Assembly: GCA_011051615.1 (NCBI GenBank) | Contig: DRKU01000193.1 | Span: 1 to 41,648 of the forward strand | DNA length: 41,648 nt | Direction of reading: 5' to 3' | Source of the DNA: Gammaproteobacteria bacterium | GTDB taxonomy: Bacteria; Pseudomonadota; Gammaproteobacteria; CAMYNG01 | Part shown: positions 9,015 through 21,179 of the stretch, one piece after another | How the letters are laid out: each line of letters opens with the position of its first letter | Position numbering within the stretch: position 1 is the stretch's first letter | Made by a program: the position numbers and the translations under genes | The notes under the pieces: model-generated | Database searches by the model: none | Told to the model about the DNA's origin: nothing | What the model saw: the letters and a program-made list of their open reading frames with translations, nothing else

Positions 9015-12000
9015 GTGAAGAAGAAACTGTTCTGGAGTGCGGCGGGACTGGTGGTCCTCGCCCTTGGGATTCTCGTCTGGATGGGAGGCGGTGAGCACGG
9101 CGCGGATGGCGGCAGCCTCCGCCCCGGCGCAGGAACTCCGGAACGTCCACTCGCGGTACGGGCCGACGACACACCCGTGGAGGTGCTGGACATCTCCGAA
9201 CGCACGCTGGACAACCACCCTGCGCTGGCGGTGATTTTCGCCACACCGCTGGATGCCGAGCGTGACTACCAGGATTTCCTGCACGTGACGAGCGATGGCA
9301 AGGCTGTCGATGGCGCATGGGTGCTGAGCGATTCGCGCCGTATTCTCTATTTCCCGCATATCCAGCCGCAGCGTAGCTACACCGTACGAGTACGCCGGGG
9401 CCTGACCGCCGCCAACGGTAGCCAGCTGGTGCGTGCCATGGAAGTGAAGGTCACCACGCGCAAGATCACGCCGGCGGCGGGTTTTGCCAGCCAGGGCAGT
9501 GTCCTGCCCGGTGCCATCAGCGAAGGCTTGCCGATCATGACGGTCAATGTGCCGGAGGTGGATATCCAGTTCCTGCGTGTCAAACCCGACAAGCTGGCCA
9601 CCTTTCTCAATGCCTATTATCACGGTCAGCGCAGTTACGGTTACTACGAACTGAATCGCATGACTTCGTTTACCGAGAGTGTCTACCTGGCGCGGTTCAC
9701 CACGGAGGCGAAACCCGATACCCGCACCATTACCCATATCCCGGTGCAGGATATCGATGAACTCAGGACTCCCGGCCTGTACATCGCCATCATGAGCCTG
9801 CCGGGCAAGTTCACCTACAGCTACAACACGACCTTCTTTGTGACCTCCGATCTTGGTTTACATACGCGCGTCTATGCCGACAGCATGGATGTCTACATGA
9901 GTTCGCTGAATAGTGGCAAGGCGCTTGCCGATGTGCGGGTTGAGCTGCTCGATGGCAAGGGCAAGCTCATCGAGAAGGTATTTACCGACGCCGCAGGTCG
10001 CGCGGTATTCCGTGGGCGGCCTGAGAAGGATCAGGTACTGGTAGCACGCCAGGATGACAATCTCGCCATTCTTTCCTTCCAGCAGTCGGCGCTGGACCTG
10101 TCTGAATTTCCGGTCACGGGTGCGCCGCAAAACGACCTGGAGGTCTTCGTCTACAGTAGCCGCGATCTCTATCGGCCCGGTGAGAGCGTGGATCTTTCCC
10201 TGCTCTTGCGCGACGGGGATGGTCGCAGTGTTACGGCACAGCCACTGAGCCTGAGCCTGAAACGTCCCGACGGCCAGGTCGCATCCCGTTTCACCCTCAG
10301 GCCAGAAGCCCTGGGTTACTACCAGCACATGTTGCCCATCTCCGCCGATGCACCCACCGGCAAGTGGTCGCTGGAGGTGCGCACCGCCCCCGGAAGCGAG
10401 GAGCCGGTGCAGACCTGGTTGTTCAATGTGGAAGAGTTCCTGCCCGAGCGCATGAAGCTTGTCCTCGAGTCGGCGCGCGAGTTTCTTTCTGCCGAAGAGG
10501 ACTTCATCATCGATGTCAGTGGTGCCTACCTCTATGGCGCACCGGCGGCAGGCAATCGCTTTACCGCCGCACTGGCGGTGGCACCGGCCCATCATCCACT
10601 GGAGAAGTTCAAGGAGTATTATTTCGGTGACGTGCAGGAGGACAATCAGGCGCGCTACCGCGAATTGCTCGATACCAAACTGGACGCACAGGGAGAACTG
10701 CAGATCACGGTGCGGCCACTGGAGTCGCGGCTCAATACGCCCATGCGTGTACGCGTCACCGGTAGTGTCTTCGAAAGTGGTGGGCGACCCGTGACGCGCT
10801 CCATCAGTCGCATTGTCTGGCCGGCCGAGGCCGTACTGGGTATACGCCCACGCTTCAGCGGCGAGTATGCCGAGTCCTACAGCACCGCTGAGTTCGAAGT
10901 CATTCGCACGGGCCCGGATGGCAAACTGCTGGCCGCCAGTGATCTGGAAGTGCGTGTCATCCGCGAGGATCGTGACTACTACTGGACTTTCGATGACAAT
11001 CGCGGTTGGCACTACGAGTATTCAGAAGCCCAGTACCCTGTGTTGACGCAGGAGCTGACTTTCAGGGCCGACCAGCGTGGCACGATCCGTGTACCGGTGG
11101 AGTATGGCGCCTATCGTATCGAGATCAGCGATGCCGATACCGGCCTGGTAGCCCGCTACCGTTTCTTTGCCGGCTGGAACTGGGCCAGTCGTGATACGGC
11201 ACGTAGTGCGCGACCGGACAAGGTCAAGCTGGTGCTTGATAAACCCGCCTACGGCAAGGGTGACTCCCTGCACGTGACGGTGACGCCGCCGCACGCCGGT
11301 GAAGGCATGATTCTGATCGAAAGCGACCGGTTGCTATGGAGCCGTCGCGTATCCATCCCGGCCGAAGGCCTGACGCTGGACATTCCCCTCGCCGAGGAAT
11401 GGCTCAAGCGTCATGATCTCTATGTCAGCGCAGTGGTGTTCCGCCCTGGCAAGGCAAGGGATCGCGCGACGCCCAATCGTGCCATCGGCGTGGCGCCCAT
11501 ACCGCTGGATCGCAGCGCGCGACGCCTGGAAGTCAATCTCGAGTTGCCCACGCGTATGCGTCCGCAAAATGATCTGGCCGTGCGCATCAAGGTGCCGGGC
11601 CTGGCACAACAGCAGGCCATGGTGACGGTGTCGGCGGTGGACGTGGGTATCCTCAATATCACCAATTACGCTACGCCCGATCCCTGGGGGCATTTCTTTG
11701 CCAGGCGTCGCTACGGTATCGAGGCTTACGACATCTATCAGCGTATCATCGAGAATCTTGCCGGGGTACGTGCTCGCCTGCGTTTCGGCGGAGACGCGCC
11801 GCTGGAACGAGCGGGTCCGCAGCGTAGCAAGCGTGCCGATGCCAGGGTGAAGACCGTGGCCCTGTTCAGTGGGCCGCTCAAGCTGGATGCCAATGGTGAA
11901 GCGCTGGTCAAACTGCCGATCCCCAATTTCAACGGTAGCCTGCGGGTCATGGCGGTGGCCTTCAGTACGGATCGCTTTGGCTCTGGCGAGGCGGAAGTCA

Positions 12001-13916
12001 CTGTTGCTGCACCGGTGGTGGCCGAGATCGCCACGCCACGTTTCCTCAGTCCTGGTGACCGCTCGCTGGTGACGGTGGATGTACATAACCTCAGTGGCAA
12101 GGCGCGCAAGTTGAAACTGAAACTCACTGCCAGTGCGCCGCTGCGGCTTGAACCGGTGACGCGCACCCTGTCACTGGGCGACGGCAGGAAAACTACACTG
12201 CGTTTCGATCTCTCTGCTGCGCGGGACTTCGGTGTCGGCACCATTCGCCTGGAACTGAAGGGTGACGATATCGACATTGCCCGTGAATGGGAGCTGGGTG
12301 TGCGCCCGGCCTGGCCGGCCGAGACCCGGCGCCTGCGCTTCAGGCTGGAAACCGATGAAGAATGGGTTCTGCCGCCCGCGCTCATTGCCGGGCTCATGCC
12401 CGATACCGTGGACGCGACGCTGGTGGTTTCCAACCTGCCACCGCTCAATATCCGCGACGCGGTACAGGGGTTGTTACGCTACCCTTACGGTTGCCTGGAA
12501 CAGACCACCAGTAGTGCCTTCCCGCTGGTCTACGTGGATGCAGACAGCGCACGCCGCCTGGGACTCAAGCCACTCAGTTTGAGTGAGCGGGCGAAGCGTC
12601 TCGACGTGGCCTTCAAACGCATTCAGTCCATGCAGCTGCCCAGTGGCGGCTTTGGTTTGTGGAGCGCCAACAGCATCGAAGAGTTATGGTTGACACCCTA
12701 TGCGGCTGACTTCCTGCTCGAGGCACGCGAAAAGGGTTTCGATGTGCCGCCGCAGATGCTGCAACGTGCGCTGGAGAACCTCCTGCGCCGCCTGCAATCG
12801 GGCAACACCCAGTTGGGTACGCGCTACTATACCCAGTCACCGGGACATTTCCGCTTTGCCGCGCAGGCCTACGCGGCCTATGTGCTGGCCCGGGTGCAAC
12901 GCGCACCGCTGGGTACGCTGCGCACGCTCTTCGATCACCATCGCAAGGATGCCGAATCGGGCCTGCCCCTGGTACAACTGGGTATTGCTCTGCGCCTCGC
13001 CGGTGACCAGCGCCGGGGGGATACGGCCATTGCCGAGGGTCTGAAAAAGGCGCGTACTGCACACCGCTACCTGGGTGACTATGGTTCCCCCATCCGTGAT
13101 CTGGCCCTGACCCTGGCCTTGCTGGATCGTCACGGCATCGAGACCGCTGAGAGGGCACAACTGCTGTTCGCACTGGCCGACGAGATCCGCTCTCGCCGCT
13201 ACTTCAGTACCCAGGAACGCCTGGCCCTGTTCCTTGCCGGCCGTGACCTGGATCGTCACGCCGGCGAACCCTGGCAGGCGGTACTTCGCGAAGGCGAGGC
13301 CCGGCGTGAGCTCGGCGAGGCGGGCCGTCTGGTGCTGCCGCTGGATGCCGGACACTGGCGTACAGGCCTGCGCTTGCAGTCCCGTAATGCAAGTCCCCTG
13401 TTCGCCGAGCTGGTCGTCAATGGCTATACCATCAAGGCACCGGCACCAGTACAGGGAACGGTGCGCATCAACCGTGCCATCTATGATCTCAAGGGCAGGC
13501 TGGTGGACCAGCGCACGCTCAGGGTCGGTGAGTTACTGCTGGTACACCTGCAGGCGAGCACCGATGAACGCATCGAAGACGCCCTGGTGGTCGATCTGCT
13601 GCCCGCCGGGCTGGAGGTAGAAAACCTCAATCTGTCACAGGGCACGACGCTGGACGAGTTGCGTATCAATGGTGTCGATCCGCGTGCGGCCATGAGCGCA
13701 GATCTCATCAAGCACAGCGAGTACCGCGACGATCGTTTCGTCGCTGCGGTATCATTGCAGCGCTGGCGCTCCACGGACTTGTTCTACCTGGTGCGCGTGG
13801 TCTCACCGGGCACCTACACCGTACCACCACCGTACCTTGAGGACATGTATCGCCCGGAGATCCGCGCCATTGGCATCAGCGGCAAACCGTTGCACATCGT
13901 CAACGAGGCAGAGTGA
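9015..13916 (+). CDS. Bacterial alpha-2-macroglobulin (YfhM/ECAM family)
   Basis: 1633 aa; YRPGE MG-domain motif, thioester motif YPYGCLEQ (CLEQ at 12492-12503), C-terminal EDMYRPE; GTG start after GAGGAG; followed by pbpC. Confidence 0.95.
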   Translation: MKKKLFWSAAGLVVLALGILVWMGGGEHGADGGSLRPGAGTPERPLAVRADDTPVEVLDISERTLDNHPALAVIFATPLDAERDYQDFLHVTSDGKAVDGAWVLSDSRRILYFPHIQPQRSYTVRVRRGLTAANGSQLVRAMEVKVTTRKITPAAGFASQGSVLPGAISEGLPIMTVNVPEVDIQFLRVKPDKLATFLNAYYHGQRSYGYYELNRMTSFTESVYLARFTTEAKPDTRTITHIPVQDIDELRTPGLYIAIMSLPGKFTYSYNTTFFVTSDLGLHTRVYADSMDVYMSSLNSGKALADVRVELLDGKGKLIEKVFTDAAGRAVFRGRPEKDQVLVARQDDNLAILSFQQSALDLSEFPVTGAPQNDLEVFVYSSRDLYRPGESVDLSLLLRDGDGRSVTAQPLSLSLKRPDGQVASRFTLRPEALGYYQHMLPISADAPTGKWSLEVRTAPGSEEPVQTWLFNVEEFLPERMKLVLESAREFLSAEEDFIIDVSGAYLYGAPAAGNRFTAALAVAPAHHPLEKFKEYYFGDVQEDNQARYRELLDTKLDAQGELQITVRPLESRLNTPMRVRVTGSVFESGGRPVTRSISRIVWPAEAVLGIRPRFSGEYAESYSTAEFEVIRTGPDGKLLAASDLEVRVIREDRDYYWTFDDNRGWHYEYSEAQYPVLTQELTFRADQRGTIRVPVEYGAYRIEISDADTGLVARYRFFAGWNWASRDTARSARPDKVKLVLDKPAYGKGDSLHVTVTPPHAGEGMILIESDRLLWSRRVSIPAEGLTLDIPLAEEWLKRHDLYVSAVVFRPGKARDRATPNRAIGVAPIPLDRSARRLEVNLELPTRMRPQNDLAVRIKVPGLAQQQAMVTVSAVDVGILNITNYATPDPWGHFFARRRYGIEAYDIYQRIIENLAGVRARLRFGGDAPLERAGPQRSKRADARVKTVALFSGPLKLDANGEALVKLPIPNFNGSLRVMAVAFSTDRFGSGEAEVTVAAPVVAEIATPRFLSPGDRSLVTVDVHNLSGKARKLKLKLTASAPLRLEPVTRTLSLGDGRKTTLRFDLSAARDFGVGTIRLELKGDDIDIAREWELGVRPAWPAETRRLRFRLETDEEWVLPPALIAGLMPDTVDATLVVSNLPPLNIRDAVQGLLRYPYGCLEQTTSSAFPLVYVDADSARRLGLKPLSLSERAKRLDVAFKRIQSMQLPSGGFGLWSANSIEELWLTPYAADFLLEAREKGFDVPPQMLQRALENLLRRLQSGNTQLGTRYYTQSPGHFRFAAQAYAAYVLARVQRAPLGTLRTLFDHHRKDAESGLPLVQLGIALRLAGDQRRGDTAIAEGLKKARTAHRYLGDYGSPIRDLALTLALLDRHGIETAERAQLLFALADEIRSRRYFSTQERLALFLAGRDLDRHAGEPWQAVLREGEARRELGEAGRLVLPLDAGHWRTGLRLQSRNASPLFAELVVNGYTIKAPAPVQGTVRINRAIYDLKGRLVDQRTLRVGELLLVHLQASTDERIEDALVVDLLPAGLEVENLNLSQGTTLDELRINGVDPRAAMSADLIKHSEYRDDRFVAAVSLQRWRSTDLFYLVRVVSPGTYTVPPPYLEDMYRPEIRAIGISGKPLHIVNEAE

Positions 13917-13920
13917 GATC

Positions 13921-16341
13921 ATGCGCACCGCCATAATGCAAAGTGGCGGCCGGGAACTGGCAGGCCGCTGGGTGGTTTCCTTACCGGTGATATTTCGTCG
14001 CTACCGACGTCATATCCATGCGGCGCTGTTGCTGGTCATCGGGCCGTGGCTGGCTTTTGTTACGCTGGATCGCCTCGCGCCGCTCCCGGTCCGACAGGCC
14101 CTGGGAGCACAGAGCGTCATCGTCACCGCCGAGGACGGTACGCCGTTGCGCGCCTTCGCGGACGAGGAGGGTGTGTGGCGCTACCCGGTTTCACTCGATG
14201 AGGTCTCACCTTTATATATAGAGGCACTGCTCAACTACGAGGACCGCTGGTTCTATCGCCACGGTGGGGTCAATCCCTTCGCCCTGTTGCGCGCGGGTGT
14301 CCAGTGGGCGTGGCACGGGCGGGTGGTATCGGGTGGCTCGACGCTGAGCATGCAGGTGGCGCGCCTCATCGATCCCCATCCACGTACCGTGGCGGGCAAG
14401 CTGCGGCAGATGTTTCGCGCCCTGCAACTGGAGTGGCATTACGACAAGCGTGAGATCCTCGAGCTGTATGTCAACCTGGCGCCCTTCGGCGGGCCCCTGC
14501 AGGGTGTGCAGGCCGCCAGTTATGCCTACCTCGGTAAACCGGTACGCGAGCTGAGTCACGCCGAAGCGGCCCTGCTGGCCGTATTACCGCAATCACCCAG
14601 CCGCCTGCGACCCGATCGCCATGCCCCGCGCGCGCGGCGGGCACGCGACAAGGTCCTGCGGCGCCTGGCGCGTTTCGGTGTGTGGCCGGCGCAGACCGTA
14701 CGCGAGGCGCGCCAGGAACAGGTGTTGCAGCAGTTCCATGCCCAGCCACTGATCGCGCCCCTGCTGGCGCGGCGCCTGCGCGCGCGCCACCCGCAGGTGG
14801 GCCTCATTCGCACCACGCTGGATGCCGGCCTGCAGCTGCGCCTCGAGGACCGCCTTGCCAATTACATCAGCCGTTATCCGGCCGGGACCTCCGCCGCCAT
14901 CCTCGTGGTGAGCAATGAGACCCTGGCGGTGCGCGCCTATCTGGGGTCGGCACGTTTTGGTGATGCGCGTCGCTTTGGTCACATCGACATGGTTACCGCG
15001 CTGCGTTCACCGGGCTCGACGCTCAAGCCGTTTCTCTATGGCATGGCCATGGACGAGGGCCTGATCCATTCCGAGAGCCTGCTGGTGGACGCGCCCCAGA
15101 ATTTCGATGGTTACCGGCCACTCAATTTCACGCGCGAATTTCACGGTCCGGTGAGTGTCAGCTATGCCCTGCAGCAGTCCCTCAATGTGCCAGCGGTGGA
15201 TCTGCTCGCGCGTTTTGGTCCGCAGCGCTTCGTCGCACGCCTGCGCAATGCACACATTCGCCTGCATCTGCCCGATGGCCGGCCCAACCTGTCGGTGATC
15301 CTCGGCGGTGCCGGTACGCGCCTCGAGACCCTGGTGTCGGCCTATACCGCGCTGGCGCGCGACGGCATGAGCGCGCGCCTGCGCTATCGCCCGGAGGATC
15401 CGCTGGTCCAGCGGCCGCTGTTGTCCGCCGGTGCAGCGTGGATCATCCGCGACATCCTCGAATCCCGCGCGCGTCCCGAGTTGCGTAACGCCGGTATCCG
15501 GCTCGCCGGCTGGCGCCGGGTGGCGGTCAAGACCGGCACCAGCTACGGGCTGCAGGATGCCTGGGCCCTGGGCGTGACGGACCGCTACACCCTCGGCGTT
15601 TGGGTAGGGCGGCCGGACGGTACCGCCTCGCCCGGTGAGTACGGTGCCGTGACCGCGGTGCCCCTGCTGTTCCACCTGGTCGACAGCTTGCCCGACCATG
15701 CGCTGTGGGGACGACGGCGGCCGCGCCCGGCCACGGTGCGCCAGACTACGGTTTGCTGGCCGCTGGGCGGGGAGCCGGATCCGCGCCATCCCGCTGCCTG
15801 CCAGGTACGGCGCACGGCCTGGGTGCTGGGGGATCAGGTGCCGCTGACCCTGCCGGATCGCATCGAGGCGCGCTGGATGCCCCGCCTGCAGACGGTGTGG
15901 GTGGACGCCGACAGCGGGCAGCGCGTGGGGGCCGCCTGTGAGCGCGAGGGCGGTGCACGGCAGGCCCGCACCCTGGTGCGCTGGCCGGTGGCGCTGGAGC
16001 CCTGGCTGACACCCACCCAGCGCCGCGCCTCCCTGCCACCGCGCTGGGCCGAGGGTTGTGTTCCACAGGGGATCCCCATCGAACGCTCGTTGCGCATCGT
16101 TGGTCTCGCGCCGCGTACCGTGGTGCGTCGCGCCGGTCCCAATGCACCGCGACCGGCGGTGGCCCTGCGTGCGGTGGGTGCACGCGGCGCCCTGTTCTGG
16201 CTTGTCAATGGTCGCCTGGTCAATACCACCGGTCCCAATGGCGGTTGGCGCTATCCCCTGCGCCGTCCCGGGCGCTACGAGATCACGGCACTGGACGAGA
16301 ATGGCGGTTATGATCGTGTGCTCGTGAAGTATGTTCCGTAA
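13921..16341 (+). CDS. pbpC: Penicillin-binding protein 1C
   Basis: Transglycosylase EDRWFYRH and GGSTLSMQVARL; transpeptidase STLK, SLN, KTG; C-terminal BiPBP_C-like region; adjacent to alpha-2-macroglobulin; exact start uncertain. Confidence 0.93.
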   Translation: MRTAIMQSGGRELAGRWVVSLPVIFRRYRRHIHAALLLVIGPWLAFVTLDRLAPLPVRQALGAQSVIVTAEDGTPLRAFADEEGVWRYPVSLDEVSPLYIEALLNYEDRWFYRHGGVNPFALLRAGVQWAWHGRVVSGGSTLSMQVARLIDPHPRTVAGKLRQMFRALQLEWHYDKREILELYVNLAPFGGPLQGVQAASYAYLGKPVRELSHAEAALLAVLPQSPSRLRPDRHAPRARRARDKVLRRLARFGVWPAQTVREARQEQVLQQFHAQPLIAPLLARRLRARHPQVGLIRTTLDAGLQLRLEDRLANYISRYPAGTSAAILVVSNETLAVRAYLGSARFGDARRFGHIDMVTALRSPGSTLKPFLYGMAMDEGLIHSESLLVDAPQNFDGYRPLNFTREFHGPVSVSYALQQSLNVPAVDLLARFGPQRFVARLRNAHIRLHLPDGRPNLSVILGGAGTRLETLVSAYTALARDGMSARLRYRPEDPLVQRPLLSAGAAWIIRDILESRARPELRNAGIRLAGWRRVAVKTGTSYGLQDAWALGVTDRYTLGVWVGRPDGTASPGEYGAVTAVPLLFHLVDSLPDHALWGRRRPRPATVRQTTVCWPLGGEPDPRHPAACQVRRTAWVLGDQVPLTLPDRIEARWMPRLQTVWVDADSGQRVGAACEREGGARQARTLVRWPVALEPWLTPTQRRASLPPRWAEGCVPQGIPIERSLRIVGLAPRTVVRRAGPNAPRPAVALRAVGARGALFWLVNGRLVNTTGPNGGWRYPLRRPGRYEITALDENGGYDRVLVKYVP

Positions 16342-16358
16342 CGCAGAAGGAAACGAAG

Positions 16359-17441
16359 GTGGCACGCATCGTCTATGGGGTATCGGGAGAAGGCTCGGGA
16401 CATTCGTCACGCGCCAGTGAGATCGCTGCGTGGCTGGAGGCGCAGGGACACGAAGTGCGTCTCGCCAGTTATGATCGCGGCTATCGCAATCTGAAGGATC
16501 GTTTTACTGTCATCGAGATCAGCGGCCTGCATATCGTCAGCGAGGACAACCGGGTGGCACGGCGAAAGACCCTGCGACGAAATCTGGCTGCCTTGCCGGA
16601 CGGTATCGACTCGGTCAGGGGAGTGCGCCGCGAATTGTTCGAGGGGTTTCGCCCGGATTGTGTGATCACCGACTTCGAACCCACCACGGCTTATCTGGCA
16701 AAGCATTACCGCCTGCCGCTCATCAGCATCGACAACCAGCACCGTATGCGTTACATGCGCTTTCCCTGTCCGCGGCACATGCGCGTGGACGCGGCAGTGA
16801 CAAAGACCGTGATTCGGGCCATGGTGCCACGCCCCACGGTGGCGCTGGTGACGACCTTCTACTTCGGCGAGGTAAAGAACACGCGTACCTTTCTGTTTCC
16901 GCCCATCCTGCGTCGCGCGGTGCTCGACAGCCGGCCGCGCGAAGGAACGCACTGCCTGGTGTATGCCACCGCAGGTCACGAAAGCCTGCTGCATGTGCTG
17001 CGCCAGTTCCGTGACGAGCGCTTCCTGGTCTATGGTTATGAACGCGAGGGCAGCGATGGGCCGCTGGAGTTTCGCCCCTTCAGCAAGGACGGCTTTCTCG
17101 ACGACCTGGCCGGCTGCAAGGCGGTGATTGCCACCGCCGGTTTTACCCTCATCACCGAGGCACTGCACCTGGGTAAGCCGTACCTGGCCCTGCCCATGGC
17201 CGGCCAGTTCGAACAGATGCTGAACGGGGTGTTACTGGAGGCGGCAGGTCTTGGTCGGTCACTGGCGGCACCGGATGTCGATGAGGTCGGCGCATTTCTC
17301 GCGGGGCTCGACGACTATCGCGCGGCATTGAGTGACTATCCACGCGCCGACAACCGCGCCATTCTCGCGAAGCTGGAAGAGTTGCTCGACGACGATCTCC
17401 ACCTCTTACGCTACCTGCATAAACCCTGTACTTCCTGTTGA
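16359..17441 (+). CDS. GT-B glycosyltransferase (MJ1255/VC2487-like family)
   Basis: YGVSGEGSGHSSR, VITDFEP, ISIDNQH, TAGFTLITEALHLGKP, QFEQMLN; GTG start. Confidence 0.85.
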   Translation: MARIVYGVSGEGSGHSSRASEIAAWLEAQGHEVRLASYDRGYRNLKDRFTVIEISGLHIVSEDNRVARRKTLRRNLAALPDGIDSVRGVRRELFEGFRPDCVITDFEPTTAYLAKHYRLPLISIDNQHRMRYMRFPCPRHMRVDAAVTKTVIRAMVPRPTVALVTTFYFGEVKNTRTFLFPPILRRAVLDSRPREGTHCLVYATAGHESLLHVLRQFRDERFLVYGYEREGSDGPLEFRPFSKDGFLDDLAGCKAVIATAGFTLITEALHLGKPYLALPMAGQFEQMLNGVLLEAAGLGRSLAAPDVDEVGAFLAGLDDYRAALSDYPRADNRAILAKLEELLDDDLHLLRYLHKPCTSC

Positions 17442-17488
17442 TTCAGAGGGCAGGAATTTGCACTACTTCACACTCTGACGCCCTTACT

Positions 17489-17502
17489 TAGGGATATCCC
17501 TA
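17489..17502. promoter_or_regulatory. Perfect 14-bp palindrome, candidate transcription-factor site
   Basis: TAGGGATATCCCTA, about 120 nt upstream of the 17622 gene. Confidence 0.4.
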
Positions 17503-17621
17503 GTTTTCCAATCGGCCGCCCTGTGACATGGTGTGCACAACCCGCCAGCAGAAGCGGGTAGGCTGTGCCAGTCTAATAACGACAACCCGGTAATACCCGA
17601 CTTGCACAAGGGAGGAACGCC

Positions 17622-18101
17622 ATGACGGCAGTCTCACAGAAGTCACCCGCGCCTGATGAACTTATGCGCAATGCGCTGACACTTCTGGAACGTGGTGAGC
17701 ACGGCGATGCGCTGGTGCTTTTTCGGCAACTTGAACAGATTACTCCCACCAATGCGCCCAGCTACAATCGGGTGCGTGCTTATTATGGCCTGACCCTGGT
17801 GGGGCTGGGCAGCCGCGACGAGGGGCTGGCCGTATGCCAGGAGGCGGCACGGGGCGAGTTCAACGATGCCAGGGTCTTCTATGCGTTTGCGCGCGCGGCA
17901 CTGCTTTGCGGCCGTCGGCAACTGGCGCTCAAGGCGGTCAGCATGGGTCGCGTCATCGATGCCTCGGATCCCGATCTCGAGGCGCTGCGCCAGAAAATGG
18001 GGATCCGCCAGAAACCCGTGATCAGGTTTCTTTCCCGTAACAACCCTATCAATATTGCCCTCGGTCGCAGCCGACATCGGCGCCAGTCCGCACAACGCTA
18101 G
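17622..18101 (+). CDS. Small TPR-like helical-repeat protein
   Basis: Ala/Leu/Gly helical repeat pattern (AYYGLTLVGLGSRDEGLAVCQEA; VFYAFARAALLCGRRQLALKAV); GGAGG upstream. Confidence 0.7.
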   Translation: MTAVSQKSPAPDELMRNALTLLERGEHGDALVLFRQLEQITPTNAPSYNRVRAYYGLTLVGLGSRDEGLAVCQEAARGEFNDARVFYAFARAALLCGRRQLALKAVSMGRVIDASDPDLEALRQKMGIRQKPVIRFLSRNNPINIALGRSRHRRQSAQR

Positions 18102-18108
18102 GTTGTAT

Positions 18109-20958
<2,850 letters not shown>

Positions 20959-21179
20959 GATTTTTTCGTTTGCCAGCGTAACCTGCTAATATACTCCGTC
21001 TGCGACGGGGAAGCCAAAGCGCCACCCCGTTACCCGGTAGCATTGCAGTCCGGGTATGAACCAGACTTCGGTCACCGTTGTGTTACAGCCCGAGTTGGAA
21101 GCCAGTTGCCGAACCCCCAGCATCCCCCACAGATCCCCCGAGTCCCCAGGTGAGCTCCCGTTTGACGCCGTCCTCCACC

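Noticed and set aside
8676-9737. 353-aa minus-strand ORF reaching into the intergenic gap
   Set aside because: Mostly antisense to alpha-2-macroglobulin; no motifs or convincing start
15007-16410. 467-aa minus-strand ORF and other short ORFs overlapping pbpC
   Set aside because: Arise from very high GC and scarce stop codons; pbpC has all expected catalytic motifs
17447-17462. Sigma54-like GG-N10-GC element
   Set aside because: The -24 element lacks the TGGCAC context; too weak
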